A stretch of 64,000 nt of DNA. It comes from Coleofasciculus chthonoplastes F2-STO-03 (lineage in GTDB: Bacteria; Cyanobacteriota; Cyanobacteriia; Cyanobacteriales; Coleofasciculaceae). How positions within the stretch are numbered: the stretch's first letter is position 1; the number at the start of each line of letters is the position of its first letter. Below the pieces are notes generated by a model that ran no database searches, was not told the origin of the DNA, and saw only the letters and a program-made list of their open reading frames with translations. The position numbers and the translations under genes are program-made. The stretch lies in NCBI GenBank assembly GCA_040222015.1, contig JAVJWO010000028.1, positions 1 through 64,000 on the forward strand, given 5' to 3'. Shown here in pieces: positions 63,173 through 64,000 of the stretch.

Positions 63173-64000
63173 TTGACTAAAGTTAATTGGTATGCTGTCG
63201 GCACATTAATCGCAATTGGCTGGTTAGGGCAAATTAATTCAATTGCTTGGGCAACATCTCAGAGAATGACAAAACCCTCAGTACCAACTGCCCAAAGAGA
63301 ACAGGCTCAAATCCCCACCTTGCCACCTCCACAAGACATTAATAGCCCGACAGAGGGAGTCAATATTAATGTTCCTAATCCCTTTGCGCCACCGCCACCC
63401 CTGGGTTACCCAGAAGAATCGCCTCAAAGAGTCCCGGATACTCAATTTAATGAATATGTTCTCGGTATTGGCGATTCCATCGCAGTTACGGTAGAACGTT
63501 TTCCTGACCTTAATTTTTCCGGCACAATTGATTTACAAGGGAATATATTAGTTCCCTTAGTCGGTAAAATTAACGTCCTCGGACTCACTCCCGACCAAGT
63601 TGAAGATAGATTAGCCACCGCCTTTAGTGAATTTGTGGTTGACCCAGATGTTACCGTGGTTCTAGCCGGATTGCGTTCCGCTACAGTCACCATTGCAGGT
63701 GAAGTAACTCGACCCGGTTATTATTCCCTAGCGCCCGGTTCCCAGCTTACAGCGGCTCTGCAAGCGGCTGGCGGAACCACGAATCTGGCTGACTTGCGTA
63801 CTGTCATCGTGCGTCGGCGTTCTCCTGCGAATAATTCGATTATTGAACAACAGATTGATTTATTTACACCGCTGCAAAATGCGACATCCTTACCGGATGT
63901 GCGTCTCCGAGATGGGGATTCTGTCGTCGTATTGGAATTAGAAACGGGTACAACGACGGATTATGACCGCAGTCTCGCCTCTCGCTCGACGCTAGCGACA
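63173..64000 (+). CDS. Polysaccharide export protein (Wza-like, Poly_export + SLBB), runs off the window
   Basis: Manual translation from TTG after a GGAGGG SD: signal peptide, EYVLGIGDSIAVTV, GNILVPLVG, GEVTRPG, ALQAAGG; absent from the ORF track. Confidence 0.88.
   Translation, partial: MTKVNWYAVGTLIAIGWLGQINSIAWATSQRMTKPSVPTAQREQAQIPTLPPPQDINSPTEGVNINVPNPFAPPPPLGYPEESPQRVPDTQFNEYVLGIGDSIAVTVERFPDLNFSGTIDLQGNILVPLVGKINVLGLTPDQVEDRLATAFSEFVVDPDVTVVLAGLRSATVTIAGEVTRPGYYSLAPGSQLTAALQAAGGTTNLADLRTVIVRRRSPANNSIIEQQIDLFTPLQNATSLPDVRLRDGDSVVVLELETGTTTDYDRSLASRSTLAT

Noticed and set aside
63442..63693. Minus-strand 83-aa ORF
   Set aside because: Antisense shadow of the Wza-like gene on the + strand

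Overview
64 kb of chromosome from a filamentous cyanobacterium (frequent HIP1 GCGATCGC octamers, STRR heptamer arrays, cyanoexosortase B, PatA-type taxis cluster; the style resembles Coleofasciculus/Oscillatoriales, which is inference only). Core content: gmd plus two paralogous GT4 glycosyltransferases, ccs1/ccdA, a patA-cheY-cheY-cheW-mcp-cheA-cheW cluster, mutS, cobA, dppA/dppB, an HtrA protease, inrS, a DUF1517 gene and the start of a DegT-cyanoexosortase B-Wza locus. A 53-aa PirA (Ssr0692)-like gene with an upstream NtcA box is missing from the ORF track. Accessory or defence-like content: a DarT/DarG(macro) toxin-antitoxin inside a scarred hotspot of Uma2 direct repeats and HIP1-bounded modules; a TerB-fused dynamin-like GTPase with a second LeoA-like GTPase and a PD-(D/E)XK-like gene (best candidate for an undescribed system); a truncated DUF3037 gene plus an LRR-Roc-COR gene with near-identical LRR units between dppA and dppB; a pair of putative cell-wall enzymes; and a RAYT transposase with flanking REPINs. 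Intergenic DNA is dense with REP/MITE/STRR elements, some nested, some in frame inside proteins, some forming translation-start regions. No CRISPR array, rRNA or tRNA was recognised. All calls come from reading motifs; no searches were run.
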